Below the pieces are notes generated by a model that saw nothing but the letters and a program-made list of their open reading frames with translations, had not been told where the DNA came from and searched no databases. DNA of 64,000 bases, from the IMG/VR virus record IMGVR_UViG_3300049979_000188; one strand, 5' to 3'. This document shows positions 35,726 to 44,581 of the stretch, in pieces; positions within the stretch are counted from its first letter, which is position 1; every line of letters starts with the position of its first letter. Both the position numbers and the translations under genes were made by a program. The stretch comes from a virus.

Positions 35726-36277
35726 TTAGAGTAAAGAGATGGGGCCCGTGAGGGTGGGTTCGTCAAAGGGGGGCGCATACTGCCGCGGGCCAGTTTCCAG
35801 GTACAAGCTTGTGAGCAGACCCGAGGGCAGAGGGCCTTTTTCCAGGTACACATCCAACCGCATAAGCCAGACGTAAACCCAGTCACCAAGGGGCAGCTGC
35901 CCGGCTTGCTGGGCTTTGCGTACGGCCCCGTCTACCGGAAATGCCTGGGTATTGTCCAGCAGGTAGGCGTAGCACTCCGCCACTAAGCGCGAGCGGTACA
36001 AGCCCGCGTAGCAGTGCAAGTAGACGTGTAAATCACTTCGCCGGGCCTGCTCCAGCGCTACCAGGGCCCCGTACAGGCTCGGCAGCACGCAGCCGGCCTC
36101 GCCCATTGGGAACCACTTGATGGCCACGTGGTGGGGGCCATGCGGCGTAAAGTAGTCAGGGTACGCGTCGTCGACACTCACCACCAGGTCCGTTTTGTGG
36201 GGCAAGCCCCGGTAGCCGGCTGCGCGCGGGCTCAGGCCCTGGTGCAGGTGGCTGGTAAGCCAATTAGTTGGGGTCAT
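35726..36277 (-). CDS. Cys-dependent (CX5R) phosphatase, DSP/PTP-like
   Basis: VYLHCYAGLYRS active-site loop; start trimmed to MTPTNW. Confidence 0.75.
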   Translation of the reverse strand: MTPTNWLTSHLHQGLSPRAAGYRGLPHKTDLVVSVDDAYPDYFTPHGPHHVAIKWFPMGEAGCVLPSLYGALVALEQARRSDLHVYLHCYAGLYRSRLVAECYAYLLDNTQAFPVDGAVRKAQQAGQLPLGDWVYVWLMRLDVYLEKGPLPSGLLTSLYLETGPRQYAPPFDEPTLTGPISLL

Positions 36278-36485
36278 CGCCTGCGGGTAAATCGGTCCAC
36301 CACACGCACTGCCAGGGATGGTAAATCCTGTAGTAGGCATCCTCGTAGCAGTAGCCCGGACTTGATTGAAAAAAAGCGTCCGCATCGTAGCGTCCGACAA
36401 GAAAGCGGGTGCCGTCAAAAATAAGTATCTGGCGATTGGTTGCCGGCGGGTTAGCCGCCGGATACTTCGGGGAAAAGCTCTTCAT
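36264..36485 (-). CDS. Small hypothetical phage protein
   Basis: P..QILIFDG...W..LP pattern; short overlaps with both neighbours. Confidence 0.55.
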   Translation of the reverse strand: MKSFSPKYPAANPPATNRQILIFDGTRFLVGRYDADAFFQSSPGYCYEDAYYRIYHPWQCVWWTDLPAGDDPN

Positions 36486-36705
36486 GGGTTGCGCCCTGAA
36501 TAATGGCTAGTATGTCACGCGGGCGCACGAGCTGGCACTGGGCCTGGATTTGGCTGATGCGCCCTTTAGGGATGTCGTAGTGGGCCTTCTCCCCCGCGTG
36601 GAACCACCCGCGCGCAATATGCAGGGCCCGGGCCATGGCGTGCAGGTTATGGATGGAGTAAGGCAAGCACACCAGGTGGCGCTTGTTGTCGCAGTAGTAG
36701 CGCAT
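36451..36705 (-). CDS. DUF4031-like protein
   Basis: HLV...SIHNLHAMA...GWFH...HYDIP motif. Confidence 0.7.
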   Translation of the reverse strand: MRYYCDNKRHLVCLPYSIHNLHAMARALHIARGWFHAGEKAHYDIPKGRISQIQAQCQLVRPRDILAIIQGATHEELFPEVSGG

Positions 36706-36708
36706 GGC

Positions 36709-37488
36709 CTACGCGGGGGAGGCGGGTGCTACGCGAACGATTTTTCGCGTGCGCTCGTGCGGGCTTACCGCTACGAGTCGGCGCTGCAGCCACCCTTTAC
36801 CCACCCGGGCAATGCGGGTATGACCGCGGACCTTACCGCTTGTTGAATCGACTAGAAACTGGTTCCAGCCCTTACCCACCCGGGTGATGCGCACGTGCGT
36901 CTGGTTGGGGTTCTGGTTTAGTCGCGGGTTGAGCAAGCGCGCGGCCAGGCCCGCGCTAACGGGCTGGGCCTCGTAGCTGATAAATTCGGGCTCGGCCAGG
37001 TGCAGAAAAGCCAGCGCCTGAATGGCGGTTTCCATAAAGGGCCAGAGCCCGTTGTCGCGCGTGGCTTTGTTACCTTCCGCCCAGCGCACCGACCAGGAAA
37101 CAATGCGGGCCCGCGGGGCGCCGGTTGGGGCTGAGGCGTCGAGCACAAACAGACCCACCTTATTTACGTGGTAGCGAATAAAGCGGGTGGGACTCAGCAG
37201 TAGACACCCCTTTTCCTGGGGTAGGGTGTCGAGTAAGCCAAAGTCAAAGCCGTCGCGCACCGGTAGCAACGTCATTTCCTGCAGGGCTTCTTCACTGAAG
37301 AGGTAGTGATGACGCTGTTCGTCGTTGAAGTGGGCCTCAATTACGAGCTTGTTCATACCCACGTCGGCCACCTGGCGCAACTGGGGCCGTTCGAGCAGGT
37401 ATTCGCGGCAAACGGCTCGCAGCGACTTACTATGCGGCGTTACCTGGCAGAAACGAATCCCAAACCAGTCTTCGTGTTTGATGCGCAT
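36709..37488 (-). CDS. Hypothetical phage protein
   Basis: 259 aa; C-terminal VRGHTR..RVGKG...V.PHER motif. Confidence 0.75.
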   Translation of the reverse strand: MRIKHEDWFGIRFCQVTPHSKSLRAVCREYLLERPQLRQVADVGMNKLVIEAHFNDEQRHHYLFSEEALQEMTLLPVRDGFDFGLLDTLPQEKGCLLLSPTRFIRYHVNKVGLFVLDASAPTGAPRARIVSWSVRWAEGNKATRDNGLWPFMETAIQALAFLHLAEPEFISYEAQPVSAGLAARLLNPRLNQNPNQTHVRITRVGKGWNQFLVDSTSGKVRGHTRIARVGKGWLQRRLVAVSPHERTRKIVRVAPASPA

Positions 37489-37499
37489 GGGCTAGTAGC

Positions 37500-37829
37500 T
37501 TAAACGAGTCGGGCGAGCTCGGGGTGGAGGGCGTAAAAGGCGGCTTCTTCTTGCTTGTGGCGTCGCAGTCGTTCCTCGCTCTCCTGCAGGGCTTGGCGGG
37601 CCTCTTCCTGTTGCTTGAGCACGTGTTCGTGGATAAGGGCCAAGCGCTCATCGCGTTCCTGCAGGGCGTTTTCAGCTGTAAGCGCGCGCTCCAGGGCTTC
37701 AGTCTCGCGTTTTTCCAGGGCTTGGTAGCCGGCTACAATCCGCTCCAGGTAAGAGCCGTTGCCCAGGCCCATGGTCTCGGCCAGGTAGCGTAAATTGCCG
37801 TGTGCTTCGGTTTCTTCGAATGCCATCAT
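37500..37829 (-). CDS. Coiled-coil hypothetical protein
   Basis: Start trimmed to MMAFEE. Confidence 0.6.
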   Translation of the reverse strand: MMAFEETEAHGNLRYLAETMGLGNGSYLERIVAGYQALEKRETEALERALTAENALQERDERLALIHEHVLKQQEEARQALQESEERLRRHKQEEAAFYALHPELARLV

Positions 37830-37842
37830 TTTTAGGTTAAAA

Positions 37843-38052
37843 TTACCAACCGTCTCCTTCGTGTTCAGCCACCGCATTCTCATCGCCCTGGTGGTAGCCC
37901 TGGTCGAAAAGCTCTTCCTGGTAGCGTAATAGCAGGGCACATTCGTGGGGTTGTAGTTTAAGGGGCCTTTTGAGCTTTACGGCCTCTTTCAACCGCGTTA
38001 CTACGGCTAGCTGCAAGCTTTTCTCGCGGACCCCGCTTGGTGTTGTTCCCAT
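37843..38052 (-). CDS. Small hypothetical protein
   Basis: Downstream of a promoter motif. Confidence 0.6.
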   Translation of the reverse strand: MGTTPSGVREKSLQLAVVTRLKEAVKLKRPLKLQPHECALLLRYQEELFDQGYHQGDENAVAEHEGDGW

Positions 38053-38070
38053 AATCAGATGAGTCAGTAG

Positions 38071-38098
38071 TTTACGTAAGGTAGCAGATGCCCGTTAC
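38071..38098 (-). promoter_or_regulatory. ECF-type promoter motif; the -35 contains the upstream TAA stop
   Basis: TTTACG-N17-GTTAC. Confidence 0.7.
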
Positions 38099-38625
38099 GG
38101 CTTGGTTTCCTTAGCCAGCAGCGCCTCTACGCGGGCAAGCTCCTCGGGTGAGTGCGGCGTGCCGCCCCCGTTCATTTGCAAATACCACTGCAGAACTTCC
38201 GCCTTGGTTTGCAGCGAGTTTACGTTAATCTTGATGGTTTGCCGTAAGCTAAGTGAGCCTTCGAACTCCCGGTAGAAGTGCCCAAACGCAGGCACTTCAT
38301 TTTTCATGAACCCCAGAATCGCGCTGATGCGCTGCAGGCCATCGACTACCACGAATTCGTTGTACTTTGTTCTTTTCGAGCCATGCCAATCGGGTTTGTT
38401 GAGGTAGAGTACTAAGCCTGATTGCCCACCAGTGAGCACGTACTCCATGAAAGCAGTTTGCTGCGCCCGGGTCCACACGTGACCCCGTTGAAAGTCCGGC
38501 TCCAGCTGCAGGCCTCCTTCCTGCGGTAATTGCCACTCGGCAATCACGGCTGGTAAGTGGTTTAGGCTATAGTTACACTCCCAGCTACCGCTGCGGATGC
38601 GCTGTACAATGTCATCAAAATGCAT
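38095..38625 (-). CDS. Stand-alone DUF262 (ParB/Srx-like) domain protein
   Basis: LEPDFQRGHVWT..QQ..FM, VVDGLQRISAI and MNGGGTP. Confidence 0.85.
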   Translation of the reverse strand: MHFDDIVQRIRSGSWECNYSLNHLPAVIAEWQLPQEGGLQLEPDFQRGHVWTRAQQTAFMEYVLTGGQSGLVLYLNKPDWHGSKRTKYNEFVVVDGLQRISAILGFMKNEVPAFGHFYREFEGSLSLRQTIKINVNSLQTKAEVLQWYLQMNGGGTPHSPEELARVEALLAKETKP

Positions 38626-38636
38626 CGCCTACTAGC

Positions 38637-38870
38637 TTAGAAAAAAACAGTTGGATACAGGGTCTCGGCTTGGACAAGCAAATCAGCTAGTGATTCTTGC
38701 GCCGTGGCAAACCCTTCCCACGCACACTCGTGCGTTTTACCCTGGAAGGTAAAATTCCAGATGTGCCGGGCAAACCAATCACGGTCATTTTCGGGGCCCA
38801 TGCGCTTGGCCACCCGTTGCAGGGTAAGGTCAGCGCCGGCGTCGAGTAGAAGGACAAGTTTTTCATTCAT
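38637..38870 (-). CDS. Small hypothetical protein
   Basis: ATG 7 nt from a promoter -10. Confidence 0.6.
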   Translation of the reverse strand: MNEKLVLLLDAGADLTLQRVAKRMGPENDRDWFARHIWNFTFQGKTHECAWEGFATAQESLADLLVQAETLYPTVFF

Positions 38871-38877
38871 ACCGTAG

Positions 38878-38905
38878 TTTACGCCAAAAAAACCGCACCC
38901 GTTAC
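38878..38905 (-). promoter_or_regulatory. ECF-type promoter motif with the -35 in a terminator loop
   Basis: TTTACG-N17-GTTAC within AAAAAAACCGCACC...GGTGCGGTTT. Confidence 0.7.
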
Positions 38906-38927
38906 CAGGTGCGGTTTATCGGAAGTT

Positions 38928-40118
38928 TTAGCGCCGGCGTCGCCCCGGGTAGGGTTCCCAACGGGGGGGTTCACCTGAGTCGGGGTTACTGTCGTTTACC
39001 ACGGCCCAGGTACTAAGACCCAGACTCAGCAAAATAATGAGTACGTAGACCCCGATAAGCTGCCCCTGGGTCAGGGAGACTTGTAGGTAGGCAAAGTCGG
39101 CAAAGGCTTTTCGTTGCCAGTGCTGGGTGACAATACGCTCCACTTCCGGGGCCGCGGCCACCAGGTTTAGCTGCCCCTGGTGCAGAAACAGGTCCCGTAT
39201 CTTGATTTCGGCCATCGGCGTGGTCTCCCAGGAAAAGACATCGCACCACGTAACGGCCTGTTGCTGATTCAACCCAATGCAGACGACCAGCTCATTCTTG
39301 TTACCGCCTTCCCAGTAGTGACGCTGCCAGATAGCGGCCTCGCGGGGTTGATTTTCGAAGAGCAACACAAAGACACGGACTTGTTTTTTTACGCCCAGCA
39401 GGGCGTTGAGCTCATCGTAGGGCCGCACCAAGCGGTAGGGAATGGGTCGCAAGCTCAGCACCGCCGGCTGCAGGCCTTGACCCGTGATGGCCGGGTAGTC
39501 GTAGAGCTTATACTGCGTCAGCACCTGGGGCTTAACCGCCTGCAGGTGAAAGAGGCTGCGCGAGGCCTGGATTTTGTTTTCGTAGCGGTGCTTTTTAGTC
39601 AGTAGCGAGAGGCGCTCGCGTTCGCCGCCCCAGTGGCAGACGTAGCGGTCACCGTCGATTTCGTGCGAGGCGCGGCCTAGCTCGACGAACTGACGGGGCT
39701 GCGCAAATTGGGCGCAAAGAGCCTCGTACTCTTGCTTGTCAATACTGGTTTCCTCTCCCAACTGGTTGACCTTGCGCCACTGCGCCGAATGGTATTCCTC
39801 GTGCGAGCAATCGTACGTTTCCGAGCCGCAACTCTTAACCCCCTTCGAGTCAACCGTGCAGCAGCACTCGCGCGTGCACGTCTGGCTAACCCACTCGCTC
39901 CAGGGCTCGTCGTACTCGACCCGTACGATGTAGGAACCCAGGTATTCGGTGTCGCTGGTGTTTAAGTTAACCAGTACCAGTCGGCTAATAGCCAGCACTA
40001 GTACGGAAGCGCCCAGTAAGAGAGCGATTTCCCACCACACGATGCGGTCGCGAAAAAAGCCGAGCAATACGCCCACTGCGACCAGGGGAATCAGGATGGC
40101 AAACCATTCGAGTTGCAT
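38928..40118 (-). CDS. Membrane-anchored conserved phage protein
   Basis: Two N-terminal and one C-terminal TM helices; Cys-rich CTRECCC...CGSETYDC segment; WEGGNKNELVVC. Confidence 0.8.
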   Translation of the reverse strand: MQLEWFAILIPLVAVGVLLGFFRDRIVWWEIALLLGASVLVLAISRLVLVNLNTSDTEYLGSYIVRVEYDEPWSEWVSQTCTRECCCTVDSKGVKSCGSETYDCSHEEYHSAQWRKVNQLGEETSIDKQEYEALCAQFAQPRQFVELGRASHEIDGDRYVCHWGGERERLSLLTKKHRYENKIQASRSLFHLQAVKPQVLTQYKLYDYPAITGQGLQPAVLSLRPIPYRLVRPYDELNALLGVKKQVRVFVLLFENQPREAAIWQRHYWEGGNKNELVVCIGLNQQQAVTWCDVFSWETTPMAEIKIRDLFLHQGQLNLVAAAPEVERIVTQHWQRKAFADFAYLQVSLTQGQLIGVYVLIILLSLGLSTWAVVNDSNPDSGEPPRWEPYPGRRRR

Positions 40119-40133
40119 AGAAGCGAGAATGCT

Positions 40134-40164
40134 AAAAAAAGCCCAGGATAACCTTATCCTGGGC
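40134..40164 (-). terminator. Intrinsic terminator beginning at the predicted start site of the next promoter
   Basis: GCCCAGGATAA-CC-TTATCCTGGGC with an A-tract on the plus strand. Confidence 0.75.
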
Positions 40165-40167
40165 TAG

Positions 40168-40195
40168 TTTACGGAGAAAAGACACTAGGTGTTAC
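40168..40195 (-). promoter_or_regulatory. ECF-type promoter motif
   Basis: TTTACG-N17-GTTAC. Confidence 0.7.
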
Positions 40196-41364
40196 TACGA
40201 GAACCAGTGCGGGGCGAACTGCGCCATGTTGTCGGTAATCAGGCTGTTATGCTGCTCCCGAATACCCATACCAGCCGCCTCGCCCCCGATAACCCAGGCG
40301 CCCAGTACGGGAAGCCAGCCGTCAAAGGTCTGAATGGGGAAGAAGCGCTGCAGAATATAGCCTTCCTCACCGTATTCGCCCTCACGGGCTTCTTCCACAC
40401 GGTCACCGTCGTAAATGCTCGTATTTTGGCCTTCGCGGCTATAGACGGGTTTGCGGCACCACTTACCGGTCGGATAGGTCGCTTCGAGTTCCGCCTGGTC
40501 GGGGCTCAGGTAGTGGGCTTCGAGCAGTAGCGGATGGTTGGGGAACAGTTTCCAGAGGTACACCAGCAGCATCTTGTTGGAGAGGATGGCCTTGTAAGGA
40601 GGCTCCACCCAAGTCGTCGTACCGTAGTTGGGCGCCAGATGTTGGGCGAACTCCTCGTTGAGCAGCCACTCCCAGGGGTAGAGCTTAAAGAGGTTGCGGA
40701 TGGGCATACCTTCCGGCGTACAGAAGCGGTTTTGCTGCCGGCTATCAACACTGATTTCATCCACGTAAAGTACGCGGGTGGTGTAGCCGGCCTGGGCGGC
40801 GCACTCGGCCACGTAGCTTACGGTCATGTAGTCTTCCGCACTGTCGCGGCCGCAGGCCAGGTACAAGTCTACGCCGTCGGGACCGGTTGGCAAGTAAGGC
40901 TTACAGGTCCGCAGGTGGGCCACCAGGCGCTCATGCAAACTGTTCCACTGGTCAGGTTTACCGGCTGATTGTAGCCAATCGTACTGGATGACGGCTGCTT
41001 CGAGTAGGGAAGTGGGGGTATCGGCGTTGAATTCGAGCAGCTTAATCTGAGTAGTGCGGCTGTCATAGCCCAAATCGAAGCGGCCGTAAAGCGACACGTC
41101 ATCCTCGTTCCAGCTGCGTGTAATCAGGGCCGCATCGTCGGGGTTGATGAAGAATTGGGCCCAGAGCTGGTGGTCGATGACGTGTTGCACGACCTGTAGG
41201 CACATGCCGAAGAGCTCATTGGTAGCGGCTTCGAGTCGGTCTACTTCGCCGCTGGAGAAGTGATAGGCACTCGTTTCCGTGTAGTAGCCTTCGTGGTAGA
41301 GCATGCCCCGCTCGGCCAGGCGCTGCGTCAGTGCGGGGCGAGGCGTAATGGAGATGCGCTGCAC
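40195..41364 (-). CDS. Glutathionylspermidine synthase-family ATP-grasp protein (YgiC/YjfC-like)
   Basis: LYGRFDLGY, KLLEFNADTPTSLLEAA, LFKLYPWEW, LSNK.LL..LW, KPVYSREGQN and GAWVIG. Confidence 0.92.
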   Translation of the reverse strand: MQRISITPRPALTQRLAERGMLYHEGYYTETSAYHFSSGEVDRLEAATNELFGMCLQVVQHVIDHQLWAQFFINPDDAALITRSWNEDDVSLYGRFDLGYDSRTTQIKLLEFNADTPTSLLEAAVIQYDWLQSAGKPDQWNSLHERLVAHLRTCKPYLPTGPDGVDLYLACGRDSAEDYMTVSYVAECAAQAGYTTRVLYVDEISVDSRQQNRFCTPEGMPIRNLFKLYPWEWLLNEEFAQHLAPNYGTTTWVEPPYKAILSNKMLLVYLWKLFPNHPLLLEAHYLSPDQAELEATYPTGKWCRKPVYSREGQNTSIYDGDRVEEAREGEYGEEGYILQRFFPIQTFDGWLPVLGAWVIGGEAAGMGIREQHNSLITDNMAQFAPHWFS

Positions 41365-41693
41365 TAGGAACCGAATGAGGCGTGGGAGGAAGAACCAAAG
41401 CCACCGGAGTGAATCGAGCTGCTGCTATGGCTAAAGCTGCTGATGCGGGTCGGGGTATAGCCGGCGCGGCTGATTTCGGCCGAGCTGGCACCTTGGTAGG
41501 TGCTGGGGCTAATCATGCCGTGGTAGAGCGGGTACCAGCTGCCGTTGTAGTGGCGGTAAGCCTTGCCGTTGCGTACCGTATCGCGGGCCATCCCTTTGGC
41601 CGTCGTTCCGGGAATCCACTGGTCTTCCTGGCGCTGACAGGCCGTAATGGCCGTGGCAAAGGCCAGGGAAAGGAAAATCTGTTTTTTGTTCAT
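41364..41693 (-). CDS. Lipoprotein with a Ser/Gly-rich tail (YgiB/YjfM-like position)
   Basis: Lipobox AITAC, tail SSSIHSGGFGSSSHASFGS; stop abuts the Gsp-synthase start. Confidence 0.75.
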   Translation of the reverse strand: MNKKQIFLSLAFATAITACQRQEDQWIPGTTAKGMARDTVRNGKAYRHYNGSWYPLYHGMISPSTYQGASSAEISRAGYTPTRISSFSHSSSSIHSGGFGSSSHASFGS

Positions 41694-41706
41694 GGGGTAA
41701 GTCAGC

Positions 41707-41738
41707 AAAAGGGCCACATTCAGTAGCGAATGTGGCCC
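41707..41738 (-). terminator. Intrinsic terminator
   Basis: GGGCCACATTC...GAATGTGGCCC with an A-tract on the plus strand. Confidence 0.75.
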
Positions 41739-41740
41739 AG

Positions 41741-41768
41741 TTTACGTTAAAAAGAAGGTGCCCGTTAC
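41741..41768 (-). promoter_or_regulatory. ECF-type promoter motif; the -35 contains the upstream TAA stop
   Basis: TTTACG-N17-GTTAC. Confidence 0.7.
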
Positions 41769-42589
41769 TTGCGGTTCACGTTTATCATGGGAATACTTTT
41801 CCCGTCCGTAATGATGACCATGTTACTGGTTTCACGCAACGCGTCGATGTACTTTGCCTGCAGCAAGCGCGGGTCCAGGCCGGCAGCCTTGATGCGGTCG
41901 GTTTCGGCATCAATCTTGGCCTTATCCTGGAGTACTTTACTTACTTCCAAGTCGTTGATGGCAAGCTGCTTTTTCTGAATCGAGTTGTTACGGTCGTTGA
42001 TGGCCTTGACCATCGACTCAGGTGGGGTAAAGCCTGAGCGCAACATGTTGAGCGTAAAGCCCCTTTTGATGAAGAGGGGACGAATGACGCTCTCAACTTC
42101 TGACTCGTACTCGCTCTGGTGGTAGAGCAGGTAGTCGGTCGTGTACTTGCTGTAGCGAGCCACGTCGACGTAGGCCTTGAGAATGATTTGGTCGAGTACC
42201 GATGTCTGAATATGGTCAAGCTCCAGTCGGTTTTCCGCGTCAGTGCCTCGTTGCCGGTTGTTGTAAAGGATTTCAACACCTTGCCCTCGGATGGCCTGGT
42301 AGGTGTACTTAGGGTCAACCGTGAAGAAGCCACCCCCGTTAATGGTTACCGTCTCGGGGACGGGGTCCCCATTTTGCTCGCCCATGGAGACCTGGTAGAG
42401 TTTGGAACCAAACCAGAGGGGGCCTTGGGCACCAGTGACAAGCTTGAAGTCCTGCTGGCCGTTACGGCCATAGTTGGTCATGAGCACCCCTTCGAAGTTT
42501 GGCTCGACGGCGTTCATGTTACAGGAGCTCAGACCAGTAAGCAGTAGTAGCAGGGTCAAGAGTTGACCCAGTAGGCGGGGGAATTTCAT
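41765..42589 (-). CDS. SPFH/band-7 (prohibitin-like) lipoprotein
   Basis: Lipobox LSSC; VEPNFEGVL, GFTLNML.SG.TPP..MVKAINDR coiled coil; start trimmed to MKFPRLL. Confidence 0.85.
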   Translation of the reverse strand: MKFPRLLGQLLTLLLLLTGLSSCNMNAVEPNFEGVLMTNYGRNGQQDFKLVTGAQGPLWFGSKLYQVSMGEQNGDPVPETVTINGGGFFTVDPKYTYQAIRGQGVEILYNNRQRGTDAENRLELDHIQTSVLDQIILKAYVDVARYSKYTTDYLLYHQSEYESEVESVIRPLFIKRGFTLNMLRSGFTPPESMVKAINDRNNSIQKKQLAINDLEVSKVLQDKAKIDAETDRIKAAGLDPRLLQAKYIDALRETSNMVIITDGKSIPMINVNRK

Positions 42590-42612
42590 GAAAAACAGAA
42601 AGGGGAAAAGAG

Positions 42613-42780
42613 TTACGAAAAAAGACGGTCGTAGGGGAGCTTGCAGAGAATAAGCACGTGCAGCACACCCGTCACAATACCCAGAACGGGGTAAGGTGAT
42701 TGAAAAAGAGTTATTTCCTGCCAAATAAGGACCAGGTTGCATCCTGCAAAGAGCAGGATGCGTAGCAGCAGTGCTTGCAT
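42613..42780 (-). CDS. Small membrane protein (55 aa, not in the ORF track)
   Basis: Read manually: MQALLLRILLFAGCNLVLIW...PVLGIVTGVLHVLILCKLPYDRLFS*. Confidence 0.6.
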   Translation of the reverse strand: MQALLLRILLFAGCNLVLIWQEITLFQSPYPVLGIVTGVLHVLILCKLPYDRLFS

Positions 42781-42786
42781 GGGTAC

Positions 42787-43362
42787 TTACTTGCCGCTGG
42801 AGTCGGCTGCTGGTTTTGCCTTGGGAAACAACTCCACTTCGTTGTCCTGACCCGACTCCATTACTTGCTGGGTGTAAGCCGAGGAAACCACTTTGTAATG
42901 CAGCTCCTTGGTTGTAGCGGGGAGAAACCAGCTGCCGGGCTCCATGACAATAAACGTATTGTATTGCTGCTCGACACCGAGTACTTCGCGTTGCACGTTC
43001 AAAAAGGCCGCTCGCTCAGCTTCTACGCTTTGCTGCAGGTCTTTGTAGAGGCTGGTGTCGAAGGTAGGGTTAGCCTCGACAACGAATTTCATCAGGGAGC
43101 CATCGCCCTTACCTTGGTAGCGTCCCGCAATCAGGGCCGGAAAGATTTTTTCGAACCGGTCGGCGTATTCACTCGTGATGCCGGCCTTCTGGAAAATGGT
43201 TTTGCGCATCTTGTCGTGGGCAGCCTCCGCCGCCTTGCGTTGGGTGACGAAGGAATTGCGTAGTTCGCGCTCCGTGTTGCGGTAGCTTAGGCGCATACTG
43301 AATACCGTACCCGCAATCAGGGCCAGGACAATAAGCACCGTGATGATGAGAGTCTTCGACAT
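42787..43362 (-). CDS. Membrane-anchored helical protein (LemA-like conserved phage protein)
   Basis: N-terminal TM followed by an amphipathic helical domain. Confidence 0.7.
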   Translation of the reverse strand: MSKTLIITVLIVLALIAGTVFSMRLSYRNTERELRNSFVTQRKAAEAAHDKMRKTIFQKAGITSEYADRFEKIFPALIAGRYQGKGDGSLMKFVVEANPTFDTSLYKDLQQSVEAERAAFLNVQREVLGVEQQYNTFIVMEPGSWFLPATTKELHYKVVSSAYTQQVMESGQDNEVELFPKAKPAADSSGK

Positions 43363-43396
43363 GGGAAGAAAAAAGGGGGTTGGTGAATATACTAAG

Positions 43397-43424
43397 TTTA
43401 CGGAAAAATAAAAGTCCCCGTTAC
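43397..43424 (-). promoter_or_regulatory. ECF-type promoter motif; the -35 contains the upstream TAA stop
   Basis: TTTACG-N17-GTTAC. Confidence 0.7.
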
Positions 43425-43687
43425 GAGTTCAGCGACGTAGTCGCTCGCTTTCTGCGGGCCCACTCGTATTGGATGACAGCATACACGTAGTAAGCCCAGA
43501 GAAAAACGATGCACAGGCCCACCAGTAGGTGCACTAGCCAAGTAGGGCGCGACTGGGTCTGGCTGAGCTTGTGCACCATTACCTGGTAGTGGGCACGGCC
43601 AAGCAAGGTGACGGCCAGTAGTAGAACCACGCCCAGCGCCAGGTAAAAAACGGTGGCCAGCAGCAGGTAGTAACAAAGTGATTCCAT
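43421..43687 (-). CDS. Small two-TM membrane protein
   Basis: Start trimmed to MESLC. Confidence 0.65.
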   Translation of the reverse strand: MESLCYYLLLATVFYLALGVVLLLAVTLLGRAHYQVMVHKLSQTQSRPTWLVHLLVGLCIVFLWAYYVYAVIQYEWARRKRATTSLNS

Positions 43688-43694
43688 GCGTAGG

Positions 43695-44534
43695 TTAGGT
43701 ACTTCTTTTAGGCTTACGAGTCCCAGGGCGGGTCCGAAAGGCATGCGTGGGGTCGAAATCGTAGCGCGTGACCTGCTGTTTCTCCGTCAAGGGCAAGGCC
43801 AGGGGATAGGTACTCAGGAATTGGTTTGACAGGTACTGCTCCATACGTTGAAAAGCTTGGGGCGCATCGACGGCACGGTAAAACTCCAAGTCTTTGAGCA
43901 CTGGGTTCGTGACAAAAGCTTCTGCGTTCAAGCTAAAGCTCGGAGCCTGGATTACGTCGCGAAAGAGGCTATCATAGTCCGTATTTTCCAGCAGGGCCAG
44001 GCGTTCGTACTCGACGCGAGGCACTAGAATACGGTGCTGCCCTATCTGGCGGGCCCGGCGCTCAAAGTAGTACGTCGGTGGGGTAAGGGTGCTAAGCTTA
44101 GTCAGGCGCTCGGCAGAGGGTTCGCGGAACTCCGGGAAGTTCTCAGCCAGGACGTCTACGTCGTAGTAGCCTCGGCAACGACTCGTTAGACTAGCGGACG
44201 TGTTGAGGTAGTAATTATACCCAGCTTTGACCTGCGTTAGCAAGTATAGTTTGCCGCAAAAGCCAACCAGTGTCAGCGTAAGCGTCAGCTCGGTCTCACC
44301 CAGGCGCATGCTATGCGGGGTATAAACTCCGAGTAGTTTACCCAGTTCGTAGAGGGGTTTAGGCAAGTCTTTCAACACCCCGTTTTTCCCCCACTCCGTG
44401 CCCATGTGGCTCACACCCGAGTTGCGCAAGTTAAGCTCGTAAGGCTCGCGTTTATACACGACAGCCCGGTCCTGGCCCAGGGCCAGTAAGCTGTCGTAAT
44501 AATCTTTGTTCTCCTGCTTGCTGATGATTTTCAT
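43695..44534 (-). CDS. Conserved phage hypothetical protein
   Basis: MKIISKQENKDYYD... and NPVLKDLEFYRAVDA.QAFQ..EQYL. Confidence 0.75.
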   Translation of the reverse strand: MKIISKQENKDYYDSLLALGQDRAVVYKREPYELNLRNSGVSHMGTEWGKNGVLKDLPKPLYELGKLLGVYTPHSMRLGETELTLTLTLVGFCGKLYLLTQVKAGYNYYLNTSASLTSRCRGYYDVDVLAENFPEFREPSAERLTKLSTLTPPTYYFERRARQIGQHRILVPRVEYERLALLENTDYDSLFRDVIQAPSFSLNAEAFVTNPVLKDLEFYRAVDAPQAFQRMEQYLSNQFLSTYPLALPLTEKQQVTRYDFDPTHAFRTRPGTRKPKRST

Positions 44535-44543
44535 AGTAGCTAG

Positions 44544-44571
44544 TTTACGCCGGACTCGGAGAACTCGTTAC
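44544..44571 (-). promoter_or_regulatory. ECF-type promoter motif
   Basis: TTTACG-N17-GTTAC; ATG 9 nt downstream. Confidence 0.7.
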
Positions 44572-44581
44572 TGCTTGCCGG

